Positions 26,933-34,107 of a DNA stretch of 48,283 bases are shown here, one piece after another. The stretch's first letter is position 1; each line of letters starts with the position of its first letter. The DNA is from Nanobdellota archaeon (GTDB taxonomy: Archaea > Nanobdellota > Nanobdellia > Pacearchaeales > GW2011-AR1): assembly GCA_030648285.1 (NCBI GenBank), contig JAUSIC010000003.1, positions 1-48,283 of the forward strand. Direction: 5' to 3'. The position numbers were made by a program, and so were the translations under genes. Below the pieces are notes generated by a model that saw only the letters and a program-made list of their open reading frames with translations, was not told where the DNA came from and did no database searches.

Positions 26933-28511
26933 CTAAAATTGGTTGATTGTCCTGTTGATAACCCTGAACAGGAAACCATGTATCATTATGAACCATTGGA
27001 TAATTTACCATCCAATCATCATGTTTCTGAAATATTGACAAAATTAAAAACTTTGGTTTTTCTTTATTTACAAATTCATCAAAGCTTGTTTCATTGAAAT
27101 AATCCCCGCTATGACTTTCTGGATTTTTAAATCCGTCATCAAATGTTCCTGTTCTTCTTTCGGAATAATAAGAAATCTGTGGGAAGCTCTGGGTTATAAT
27201 TGTATCATCAATATTTGAATGCTGTTTTATCCATTCTCCTGCAAGTTTAAGTTCATAATAAGAACTCTTTTTACTTTCTGTTAGCTGATAACCCCAAACT
27301 AAATTAGGTATAAGACTAGCAACTAGAATAATTAAAATCAAAATAGCAATAACTTTTTTATTTATCTTCAGATGCTTTTCTACTAGTTTTCCTAATTCAA
27401 AAAGAGGAATCGCAGCAATCATAAACAAGAAGGGATGCTGCATTAAGGTATATCTCTGCTGAGCAGTCGGATCCATTTGCATATAGCCTAATACCAAAAG
27501 AGGAAGAGCTATCCAGAGAAAAACAAATAACTTGCTTTGAATTGTCTTGTTTTTGAATATCTTGTCAAATCCTAAAAAAAGATCTGCAAAGAAATAAACA
27601 GCACCGATTATAAACAATATGAATATCGGAAGAGTCAGATTATATGGCAAATCCAAGAAGTAAATAGGCCAGTTTACAACAGAAGTTCTCGCTACTGGTG
27701 CAGCTGCTGTCTTGATAATACCCAAGTCATAAGAGAGTATATCTATCAGAGGATTTCCAAAATGCTTTGCATAAACAATAAAATGAGGCACTAAGGCTAA
27801 GGCAAATATTAAAAGAGTAATCCACAAAGATTTATTTTTTAGAAACTTAAACTTTTCTTTAATAAAAGCAAGTACGAAAAACATTGGAAGAACCATTAGG
27901 TTCTGCATTCTGATTAAAACAGATACAGCAAGGAAAAGTCCAGACAAGTACAGATATTTTTTTCCCTTTTCCATTTCATATCCTTTCCAAAAAAGAAACA
28001 AAGTCAAAAGAATAAAAAAAGTAGAAGGTATATCTGTCATTGTTCTTCCTGTGAAGAAAAAAGCAACCCATGAAAAAGTAAGTCCTATTGCTGTGAATAA
28101 GGCATATTTTTTATTGAACATGTCCCTGACTAAAAAATAAGAAACTGCGATAATTCCTGTTGAAAACAAAACTTCTGAAAATCTTATTCCAACTTCCCCT
28201 AATCCAATCTTAAAAAATAAGGCTCCAAATAATGGCCACAAAGCTCCTCTTCTGTAATACCACAAATCAGTCATATTACCAACACCTGCCCATAATTTAG
28301 CAGTAGACATGTATTCTGCACCATCAAACCACATTGCCTGGTCTTTTGTTATAAAAAAGACTACAACCCTAATAACAAATGCTAAAATTAAAACTCCAAT
28401 AAATGCCTTATCATAATTATCTTGAACCCAAGAAAATAGTTTTGTTTTTATTGTCTTTTTTCTTTCTTCAATAATTTTTTCTTCTGATTTAATTGCTATT
28501 ATTTCTTCCAT
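26907..28511 (-). CDS. GT-C fold membrane glycosyltransferase (PMT/ArnT-like)
   Basis: WFDGAEY loop after TM1, TDIP, RY, many TM helices, C-terminal GEWIKQH domain. Confidence 0.85.
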   Translation of the reverse strand: MEEIIAIKSEEKIIEERKKTIKTKLFSWVQDNYDKAFIGVLILAFVIRVVVFFITKDQAMWFDGAEYMSTAKLWAGVGNMTDLWYYRRGALWPLFGALFFKIGLGEVGIRFSEVLFSTGIIAVSYFLVRDMFNKKYALFTAIGLTFSWVAFFFTGRTMTDIPSTFFILLTLFLFWKGYEMEKGKKYLYLSGLFLAVSVLIRMQNLMVLPMFFVLAFIKEKFKFLKNKSLWITLLIFALALVPHFIVYAKHFGNPLIDILSYDLGIIKTAAAPVARTSVVNWPIYFLDLPYNLTLPIFILFIIGAVYFFADLFLGFDKIFKNKTIQSKLFVFLWIALPLLVLGYMQMDPTAQQRYTLMQHPFLFMIAAIPLFELGKLVEKHLKINKKVIAILILIILVASLIPNLVWGYQLTESKKSSYYELKLAGEWIKQHSNIDDTIITQSFPQISYYSERRTGTFDDGFKNPESHSGDYFNETSFDEFVNKEKPKFLILSIFQKHDDWMVNYPMVHNDTWFPVQGYQQDNQPILVIYQANYN

Positions 28512-28561
28512 TACATAAAATCTCCTATTTTATGTTTGTGGCAAATCTCCTGTTTGCTCAT
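28511..28561 (-). mobile_element. Start-codon repeat element copy 6b (mini-ORF MSKQEICHKHKIGDFM*)
   Basis: 5' part nearly identical to copy 4; perfect 9-bp hairpin ACATAAAAT-AGGAG-ATTTTATGT; TAATG at both ends. Mobility is inferred. Confidence 0.8.
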
Positions 28562-28659
28562 TATGAAAATTCTTCTGAATTTTTATTTGTGCTGTCGCTC
28601 GGCTTTGACGAACGAACGGCTGACTTCTTGTCTGCAGTGAAATTTCCTATTTCTGTCAT
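28561..28659 (-). mobile_element. Start-codon repeat element copy 6a (mini-ORF MTEIGNFTADKKSAVRSSKPSDSTNKNSEEFS*)
   Basis: 5' part identical to copy 2, 3' end like copy 1; TAATG-coupled to copy 6b. Mobility is inferred. Confidence 0.8.
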
Positions 28660-28686
28660 TATATGATTTGTTATATTGATTATTTT

Positions 28687-29163
28687 TTAATCGTTTTTTA
28701 TCTTCTTAATTATGTCTGTTGTAGAATTAACTTTATCGCTGGTGAATGCTATTTTTCCGCCATAGCTTTCAACAACTCTTCTTTCTTCCTGATTGCATGT
28801 ATCTATGTTATATTCTCCTCCTTTGACATACACATCTGGCTTGAGAGACTGAATATGGCCAACAGGACTCTGCTCATCATAAATTAAGATAAAATCAACA
28901 GAACTTAAAGCAGAGAGTATTTCTGCTCTTTCTCTTTGGGGTATTTTCGGCCTGTCTGGCCCTTTAACTGCCTTGACAGAAGAATCTGAATTTAAGCCGA
29001 CAATCAAAAAATCCCCTTTCTCTTTAGACTCATTCAAGTGCCTTATATGCCCTACATGAAGTATATCAAAGCACCCATTTGTCCAAATTATTGTTTTTCC
29101 CTGCTTTTTCAACTGAGGAACAATAATCAGCAATTCCTCATAAGTCTTTATTTTATCAGACAT
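28687..29163 (-). CDS. RfaE/HldE domain II-like sugar-phosphate nucleotidyltransferase
   Basis: TNGCFDILHVGH, VGLNSDSSV..KGPDRP, PDVYVKGG.Y, STT motifs. Confidence 0.92.
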   Translation of the reverse strand: MSDKIKTYEELLIIVPQLKKQGKTIIWTNGCFDILHVGHIRHLNESKEKGDFLIVGLNSDSSVKAVKGPDRPKIPQRERAEILSALSSVDFILIYDEQSPVGHIQSLKPDVYVKGGEYNIDTCNQEERRVVESYGGKIAFTSDKVNSTTDIIKKIKND

Positions 29164-29194
29164 TTAACTAAAAATAATAAGCCTTTTAAAAAAG

Positions 29195-30166
29195 TTATTG
29201 TGATAGAGCATTTAAAACCTCCTCAGCAGATATGCTTTTTGTAAGCTCTTCAGAGTACAAATCCTGCTTCTCTGGAAAAAAGTCATAAAGTTTTGGTGAA
29301 ACTATTTTTTTTAATGTTCCATATCCTTCAATTTCATCAGGAGAAGTACAGAAAAACAAGCCTATTGTTGGTTTTTTTAATGCAAGAGAAATGTGCAGTG
29401 AAACACTATCTGGACAAACAATCTCATCGCATAAACTTATTAAAGAAATTAGCTCTCTAAGAGAGCAATTCAAATCATGCGTATAAATTTTTATCCCTTG
29501 CTCTTTTAATTCTTCAATTAATTCTTCATACTTACCTTTTTCATCAGGTCCTCCAAGCAACAAAACTTCCTTATTTATTTTTCTAATAAATTCTTTTGTG
29601 TTTTCAAAATTCCAAACTTTTGAAGGCCATTTTGGAGAAGAACCTGCATAGATTCCGATTAGTTTTTTTTGAGTAAGATTATTATCTCTCAAGAATTTTT
29701 CAGCGTAATCTTTTTCCTTATCAGTTAAAACAATTACAGGCAATTCCTTAGAATAGGGTAATTCTGCTGCATCAAACATCATTTCTTGATATGTTCTTTT
29801 ATTTGTCTTTTTTAGATTATCATCAAATAAGGTATTTAGATAATATTCTGCAGAGAGATTAAATGCAACAGGATAACCATTTTCATTATAAAAACCAAAT
29901 TTTTTTTCTGCATTAATTTCTTTTGCTATTCTTGTAGCTTCTTCATCAACATCAAAATTATATAGGATGTCAAAAAATTCTCTGGGATAATTAAAAATTG
30001 AAAATACCCTCTGAACATGAGGATTTGCTTCAAATATTTGCATATTATGCTCTTTTGTTATCCAAGTTATCTCTGAATCAGGATATTTTTTCCTAACTGC
30101 CTGAGCTATTGGAAGAGTTCTTATGACATCTCCAGACGCACCTAATTTGATTATCAGTACCTTCAT
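29195..30166 (-). CDS. GT9 (heptosyltransferase-like) glycosyltransferase
   Basis: IKLGASGDVIRT.P, NPHV, WPSKVW, LLGGPDE, DS...HI..AL motifs. Confidence 0.9.
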   Translation of the reverse strand: MKVLIIKLGASGDVIRTLPIAQAVRKKYPDSEITWITKEHNMQIFEANPHVQRVFSIFNYPREFFDILYNFDVDEEATRIAKEINAEKKFGFYNENGYPVAFNLSAEYYLNTLFDDNLKKTNKRTYQEMMFDAAELPYSKELPVIVLTDKEKDYAEKFLRDNNLTQKKLIGIYAGSSPKWPSKVWNFENTKEFIRKINKEVLLLGGPDEKGKYEELIEELKEQGIKIYTHDLNCSLRELISLISLCDEIVCPDSVSLHISLALKKPTIGLFFCTSPDEIEGYGTLKKIVSPKLYDFFPEKQDLYSEELTKSISAEEVLNALSQ

Positions 30167-30186
30167 GAATTTTTATATAGAAAACC

Positions 30187-30194
30187 TTATATAA
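30187..30194. promoter_or_regulatory. Palindromic TATA box TTATATAA, putative bidirectional promoter
   Basis: 20 nt from ATG 30166 (-) and 20 nt from ATG 30215 (+). Confidence 0.65.
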
Positions 30195-30214
30195 AGATTA
30201 TGAAAGAAAAATAT

Positions 30215-30634
30215 ATGAAAGTTTACATAGCAGGAAAATTGTGCAATGAAGATGAAAGAAAATTCTTGGAAAAACTTGCAAAATTAGCAGAAGAATTAGG
30301 ATTTGAGACATTTCTTCCCCACAGAGAGATAGGATTAGCTAAAAATATATATGATGTTGAGAAAATATTTAATGGAGATATAATAAACGGATTTAAGGAT
30401 GTTTCTTTGGTTATTGCAGACTTGAATGGATTGCATATTGGTTCAGGAACTGCATGGGAATTAGGATATGCCTATGCAAAAGGAATTCCTGTAATAGGAA
30501 TCAAAGAAGACGAGCCAATAGAAAATGCATTGGATAGTTTAAGTGCAATAATAATTCATTCTACAAAGATAGTAAATTCTTTAGAAGAATTGAAAAAGGA
30601 ATTAGAAAGGTTTAAAATTAATCAAGAGGCTTAG
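30215..30634 (+). CDS. Nucleoside 2-deoxyribosyltransferase family protein
   Basis: MKVYIAG start, FLPH, GTAWELGYAYA.GIPV motifs. Confidence 0.9.
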   Translation: MKVYIAGKLCNEDERKFLEKLAKLAEELGFETFLPHREIGLAKNIYDVEKIFNGDIINGFKDVSLVIADLNGLHIGSGTAWELGYAYAKGIPVIGIKEDEPIENALDSLSAIIIHSTKIVNSLEELKKELERFKINQEA

Positions 30635-31520
30635 TCGATTGTATTTCTGTTTCTCTCCAGCCATCAGAATAATTTGTTTTTTGTTTTATATCCTCGAAGG
30701 CTTTTTTATAGATGCTGTATCTTGCTTTTAACAATTCTGTTGTCCAGCCAAATTCCTTCATTTTTTTTGAGTATAACAAGGAATGAAAAAGACCATATTT
30801 TATCTCATTGAAAAAAGATTTTGTTCTTGGCATTTCTGGAAATAATTTGTTCAGATTTTCATGCCCTTTTATATTTCTTATTTTTTGATTCTCCCAGTCT
30901 TTGATATTGTCTGGATTTTTCACAAAAACTTCCACATCAGGAAGATATTTTATTTTATATCCTTTTTTCCAGAAAAGATAAGGAATAACAGAATCTTCTG
31001 AAGCGTCTATAGGAAAATCAACAATAACTCCCTTTCGAATTGCAAACAAATATCCTGAACATTCAAAGAACTTTTCTTTTTGCGATAACTTCTTTCTCAC
31101 TTTATCAGCCCCTGAAAAAAGAAGATGAGACCAGTATCCAAATTTTGTATCTCTGGAATCCACTGAAACAGGCTTTCCTGTTATGCATCCTATTTTTGAA
31201 TCTTGAAATGCATCTGAAATTTCCTTAACTGTATTTTGAGAAACATAGACATCTCCATCTGTAAGAATAAAAATATCTTTCTCTGTGCCAGGAAATTCCT
31301 GAAATAAAAGATTTAATGCATAAGATTTTCCTTCTCCTGGATCAAGAAAAAAATTAAACCTCTTGTCGTCTATATTCTCTTTTAAAAATTTCTCAACTTC
31401 TTCAAAAGGGTCAACAACAAACACCCTCAAATCTTCATCTTTATATTGCTCTAAAAAAACATTAACAGCTCTCAAAGTAGAAACAGGTTCTTTATACGAA
31501 GTGATAATAACATCTATCAT
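30618..31520 (-). CDS. GT2 glycosyltransferase
   Basis: VIITSYKE, GKS.ALN, LTDGD, SG.LFAIR, SED motifs. Confidence 0.9.
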   Translation of the reverse strand: MIDVIITSYKEPVSTLRAVNVFLEQYKDEDLRVFVVDPFEEVEKFLKENIDDKRFNFFLDPGEGKSYALNLLFQEFPGTEKDIFILTDGDVYVSQNTVKEISDAFQDSKIGCITGKPVSVDSRDTKFGYWSHLLFSGADKVRKKLSQKEKFFECSGYLFAIRKGVIVDFPIDASEDSVIPYLFWKKGYKIKYLPDVEVFVKNPDNIKDWENQKIRNIKGHENLNKLFPEMPRTKSFFNEIKYGLFHSLLYSKKMKEFGWTTELLKARYSIYKKAFEDIKQKTNYSDGWRETEIQSTKPLD

Positions 31521-31521
31521 T

Positions 31522-31719
31522 TTAATTTAAAGACTCAAAAGGGTAGTCTTCTGGCCTTATTAGAACAATTGTTTCTTCTTTTGCGTTTTTTGCCAGAATC
31601 CTTACTTTTCTTTTTCCCTGTTTCCCCATGTCTGAAATTTCAAATTCATGTATAAAATATTCTTGGCTAGCTATTAAGATTTTATCTCCTTTTTTTAACT
31701 CTGATGCTGGTTTTCTCAT
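31522..31719 (-). CDS. Short aIF5A/EF-P N-terminal-domain-like protein (65 aa)
   Basis: ASELKKGD.ILI...SDMGKQGKRKVRI.A aligns by eye with the aIF5A pattern L..G.YI.I...SK.GKHG.AK.RI. Confidence 0.7.
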   Translation of the reverse strand: MRKPASELKKGDKILIASQEYFIHEFEISDMGKQGKRKVRILAKNAKEETIVLIRPEDYPFESLN

Positions 31720-31741
31720 TGATTATTTCTGATAAAACAAA

Positions 31742-31749
31742 TTTATAAA
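31742..31749. promoter_or_regulatory. Palindromic TATA box TTTATAAA, putative bidirectional promoter
   Basis: 22 nt from ATG 31719 (-) and 21 nt from ATG 31771 (+). Confidence 0.65.
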
Positions 31750-31770
31750 GATTGTTAAAATTTAAAAGGG

Positions 31771-32481
31771 ATGAAAAATGCGATAATACTCTGTTCAGGA
31801 GGATTAGACAGTGTTGTTACTTCTCATTATGTAAGAGAAAAACTAGGATATGAGAAAATTATTATCCTGTTCTTTAATTATAATCAAAAGAGCCTCATAA
31901 AAGAAAGAAAATCCTCAAAAAAATGCGCAAAAGACATTAAAGCCAAATTCAGTGAAATTGATTTAAGATTATTATTTTCACATATAAATAAAAGTGTTAG
32001 AATAAAAAAAATAAAAAGAAAAGAACTGAAAAACAGTTCTAAAGAATCAGAAAAACTTTATGTTCCTTGTAGAAATACTTTGTTTTTAGTTTATTCTCTT
32101 GCTTTGGCAGAATCTCTGTATAAAGATAAGAAAGAAATTTATGATATTTTTACTGGATTTAAAAATGAAGGAAAAGAATCTTATCCAGATACAACTCCTG
32201 AATTTGTTGAGGAGATGAACAAGCTAAGCAAAATTAGCTGTTATAAACCTTTTAAGATTAATGCTCCTTTAATAAGAAAAGATAAAGAAGATATCATAAA
32301 ATTAGGAATAAATTTAGGAGTGAATCTTAAAGATACATTTAGCTGTTATAATAGTTTAAATGGAAAACATTGCGGATATTGCTTGGCGTGCAGATTAAGG
32401 CAAGAGGGATTTTATTGGGCAAATGTCAAGGATCCTACAATTTACAAAGAAAAACTGAAAGATTTTCGAACAGCCGAATAA
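31771..32481 (+). CDS. queC: 7-cyano-7-deazaguanine synthase QueC
   Basis: SGGLDS, YVPCRN, YPD..PEF, TFSCY, HCGYCLAC..R motifs. Confidence 0.93.
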   Translation: MKNAIILCSGGLDSVVTSHYVREKLGYEKIIILFFNYNQKSLIKERKSSKKCAKDIKAKFSEIDLRLLFSHINKSVRIKKIKRKELKNSSKESEKLYVPCRNTLFLVYSLALAESLYKDKKEIYDIFTGFKNEGKESYPDTTPEFVEEMNKLSKISCYKPFKINAPLIRKDKEDIIKLGINLGVNLKDTFSCYNSLNGKHCGYCLACRLRQEGFYWANVKDPTIYKEKLKDFRTAE

Positions 32482-34017
32482 TTATACCCTATACCTTGTT
32501 TTGTCATACCAAACTTTGAATGAAATTGGCAAAGAGCGATACATTGGTTTTATTATCTTTTCTCTTGTTAAATCTGAAATTGATACTGCATAGAGTGAGA
32601 AATAAGACATCAGGGGATTTTTCAGATTTTTTCTGATTCTTTTTTCTTTTAAGAGATAATTCAAAAGAAAATTAGGCATGAACCCGTATCTTTTTTCTGT
32701 CACAGAACCTCTCATCAAATTCAAAATTAGATTAAGATAAATGTTTCTTTTTTTCAACAAGATATGCTTGCTTCTATCCCAATAATTCAATTGATAAGCT
32801 GCATCTTTTTCAGTCTTGATTATTCCTTCTCTCCTTGCTCTTACATCTAATTTTGAACCTGGAAAAAATACAAGATTGTTGACAGACAAATAATATGGTT
32901 TTGGAAGTTTCCTAAGAAGCTTTATTAGATTTAAAATATGCTCTGGTTTTTCATAAGGATTGCAAGTTATTACATCATACATGATTGCCAATTTGTTTTT
33001 ATATTTATTAATTATTTTTGCTGCATTCAAGACATGATTATCTGTCTGATTCCTATGATAAATCTCAAGGTTAGTTTTTTCGCTTCCTTGTATTCCAACA
33101 ATAATATCTGTGCAGCCTGCATCTACTAGCAATTTTATTTTTTCTTCTGACACAGTATGCGGATCTGCAAGGCATTTGAATCTCATATTAACTTTCTCTT
33201 TGTAAAGCTTGCAGAATTTTTTTATGTCTTCTATAGGGCGGAGAGAAAAAGTATCATCTCTTATATCAAAATAACCCAGAGAAGGAAATTTATTTTTTAA
33301 GTACAAAACACCCTCTATTATGTATTCTGGAGAATGCCATCTCAGGACTTTCTTTCTTTTTCCTTCATAAAGTTGGTTGAATAAGCTATTTGAACAATAA
33401 TCACAACCATAAGGACAGCCTCTTCCTGTTAGGAAAAATATCTGCCCTCCCAAATCTCTTTCTCTGAATTTTATTATTTTTCTTTTTTCTAAAATAAAAT
33501 GGTCTTCAATATCATAATCTGGAAGAGGAAGAGAATCCAGATTGTCTATCAAATTTCTTACTGGATTTTTTATTATTTTTCCTGCTTTTTTTATCCAGAG
33601 GTTTTTTATCTTATCAAAACTTTTTTTCTTTTCAATTGCATTAACCAAATCAATGATTGCATCTTCTCCTTCACCTACGCAGACAATATCTGCATGCCTT
33701 ATGCATTCTTCAGGAGAGATTGTTGCATGAACTCCTCCATAGACTATTGGAATGTTCGTATTTTTTTTCAAAAAAGAAATTAATCTTGAAGCCCTATGTG
33801 CTGTAGAAGCATAGGAGTTTATTCCAATTAGTTTACTTTCTCTGCACAGATTTAATAATTGAATTAATTCTTCTCTTGAATAATTTTTAGAATAATCTTC
33901 ACTTAGAGTCATAAAAACGATTTTTACTTTATGTCCTTGTTTTTTTAAAACAGAGGAAATTGTCCTTATTCCTTGGTCAGAAGGATATGTTGATGTAGAA
34001 ATGAGAGTTACTTGCAT
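32482..34017 (-). CDS. B12-binding radical SAM protein
   Basis: GGVHAT, GEGE, GRGCPYGCDYC, DDTF motifs. Confidence 0.92.
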   Translation of the reverse strand: MQVTLISTSTYPSDQGIRTISSVLKKQGHKVKIVFMTLSEDYSKNYSREELIQLLNLCRESKLIGINSYASTAHRASRLISFLKKNTNIPIVYGGVHATISPEECIRHADIVCVGEGEDAIIDLVNAIEKKKSFDKIKNLWIKKAGKIIKNPVRNLIDNLDSLPLPDYDIEDHFILEKRKIIKFRERDLGGQIFFLTGRGCPYGCDYCSNSLFNQLYEGKRKKVLRWHSPEYIIEGVLYLKNKFPSLGYFDIRDDTFSLRPIEDIKKFCKLYKEKVNMRFKCLADPHTVSEEKIKLLVDAGCTDIIVGIQGSEKTNLEIYHRNQTDNHVLNAAKIINKYKNKLAIMYDVITCNPYEKPEHILNLIKLLRKLPKPYYLSVNNLVFFPGSKLDVRARREGIIKTEKDAAYQLNYWDRSKHILLKKRNIYLNLILNLMRGSVTEKRYGFMPNFLLNYLLKEKRIRKNLKNPLMSYFSLYAVSISDLTREKIIKPMYRSLPISFKVWYDKTRYRV

Positions 34018-34107
34018 AAAACGAGCAAAATAGATGTTCTTTTTAAATTTTTATTCATTTACAGGAACACGGAAATCTTTTAAAAACCATACTCAATGGC
34101 TATTTTG

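Noticed and set aside
1826-28659. Repeats as a CRISPR array
   Set aside because: Copies are dispersed and variable in length, there is no repeat-spacer periodicity, and no cas genes are present
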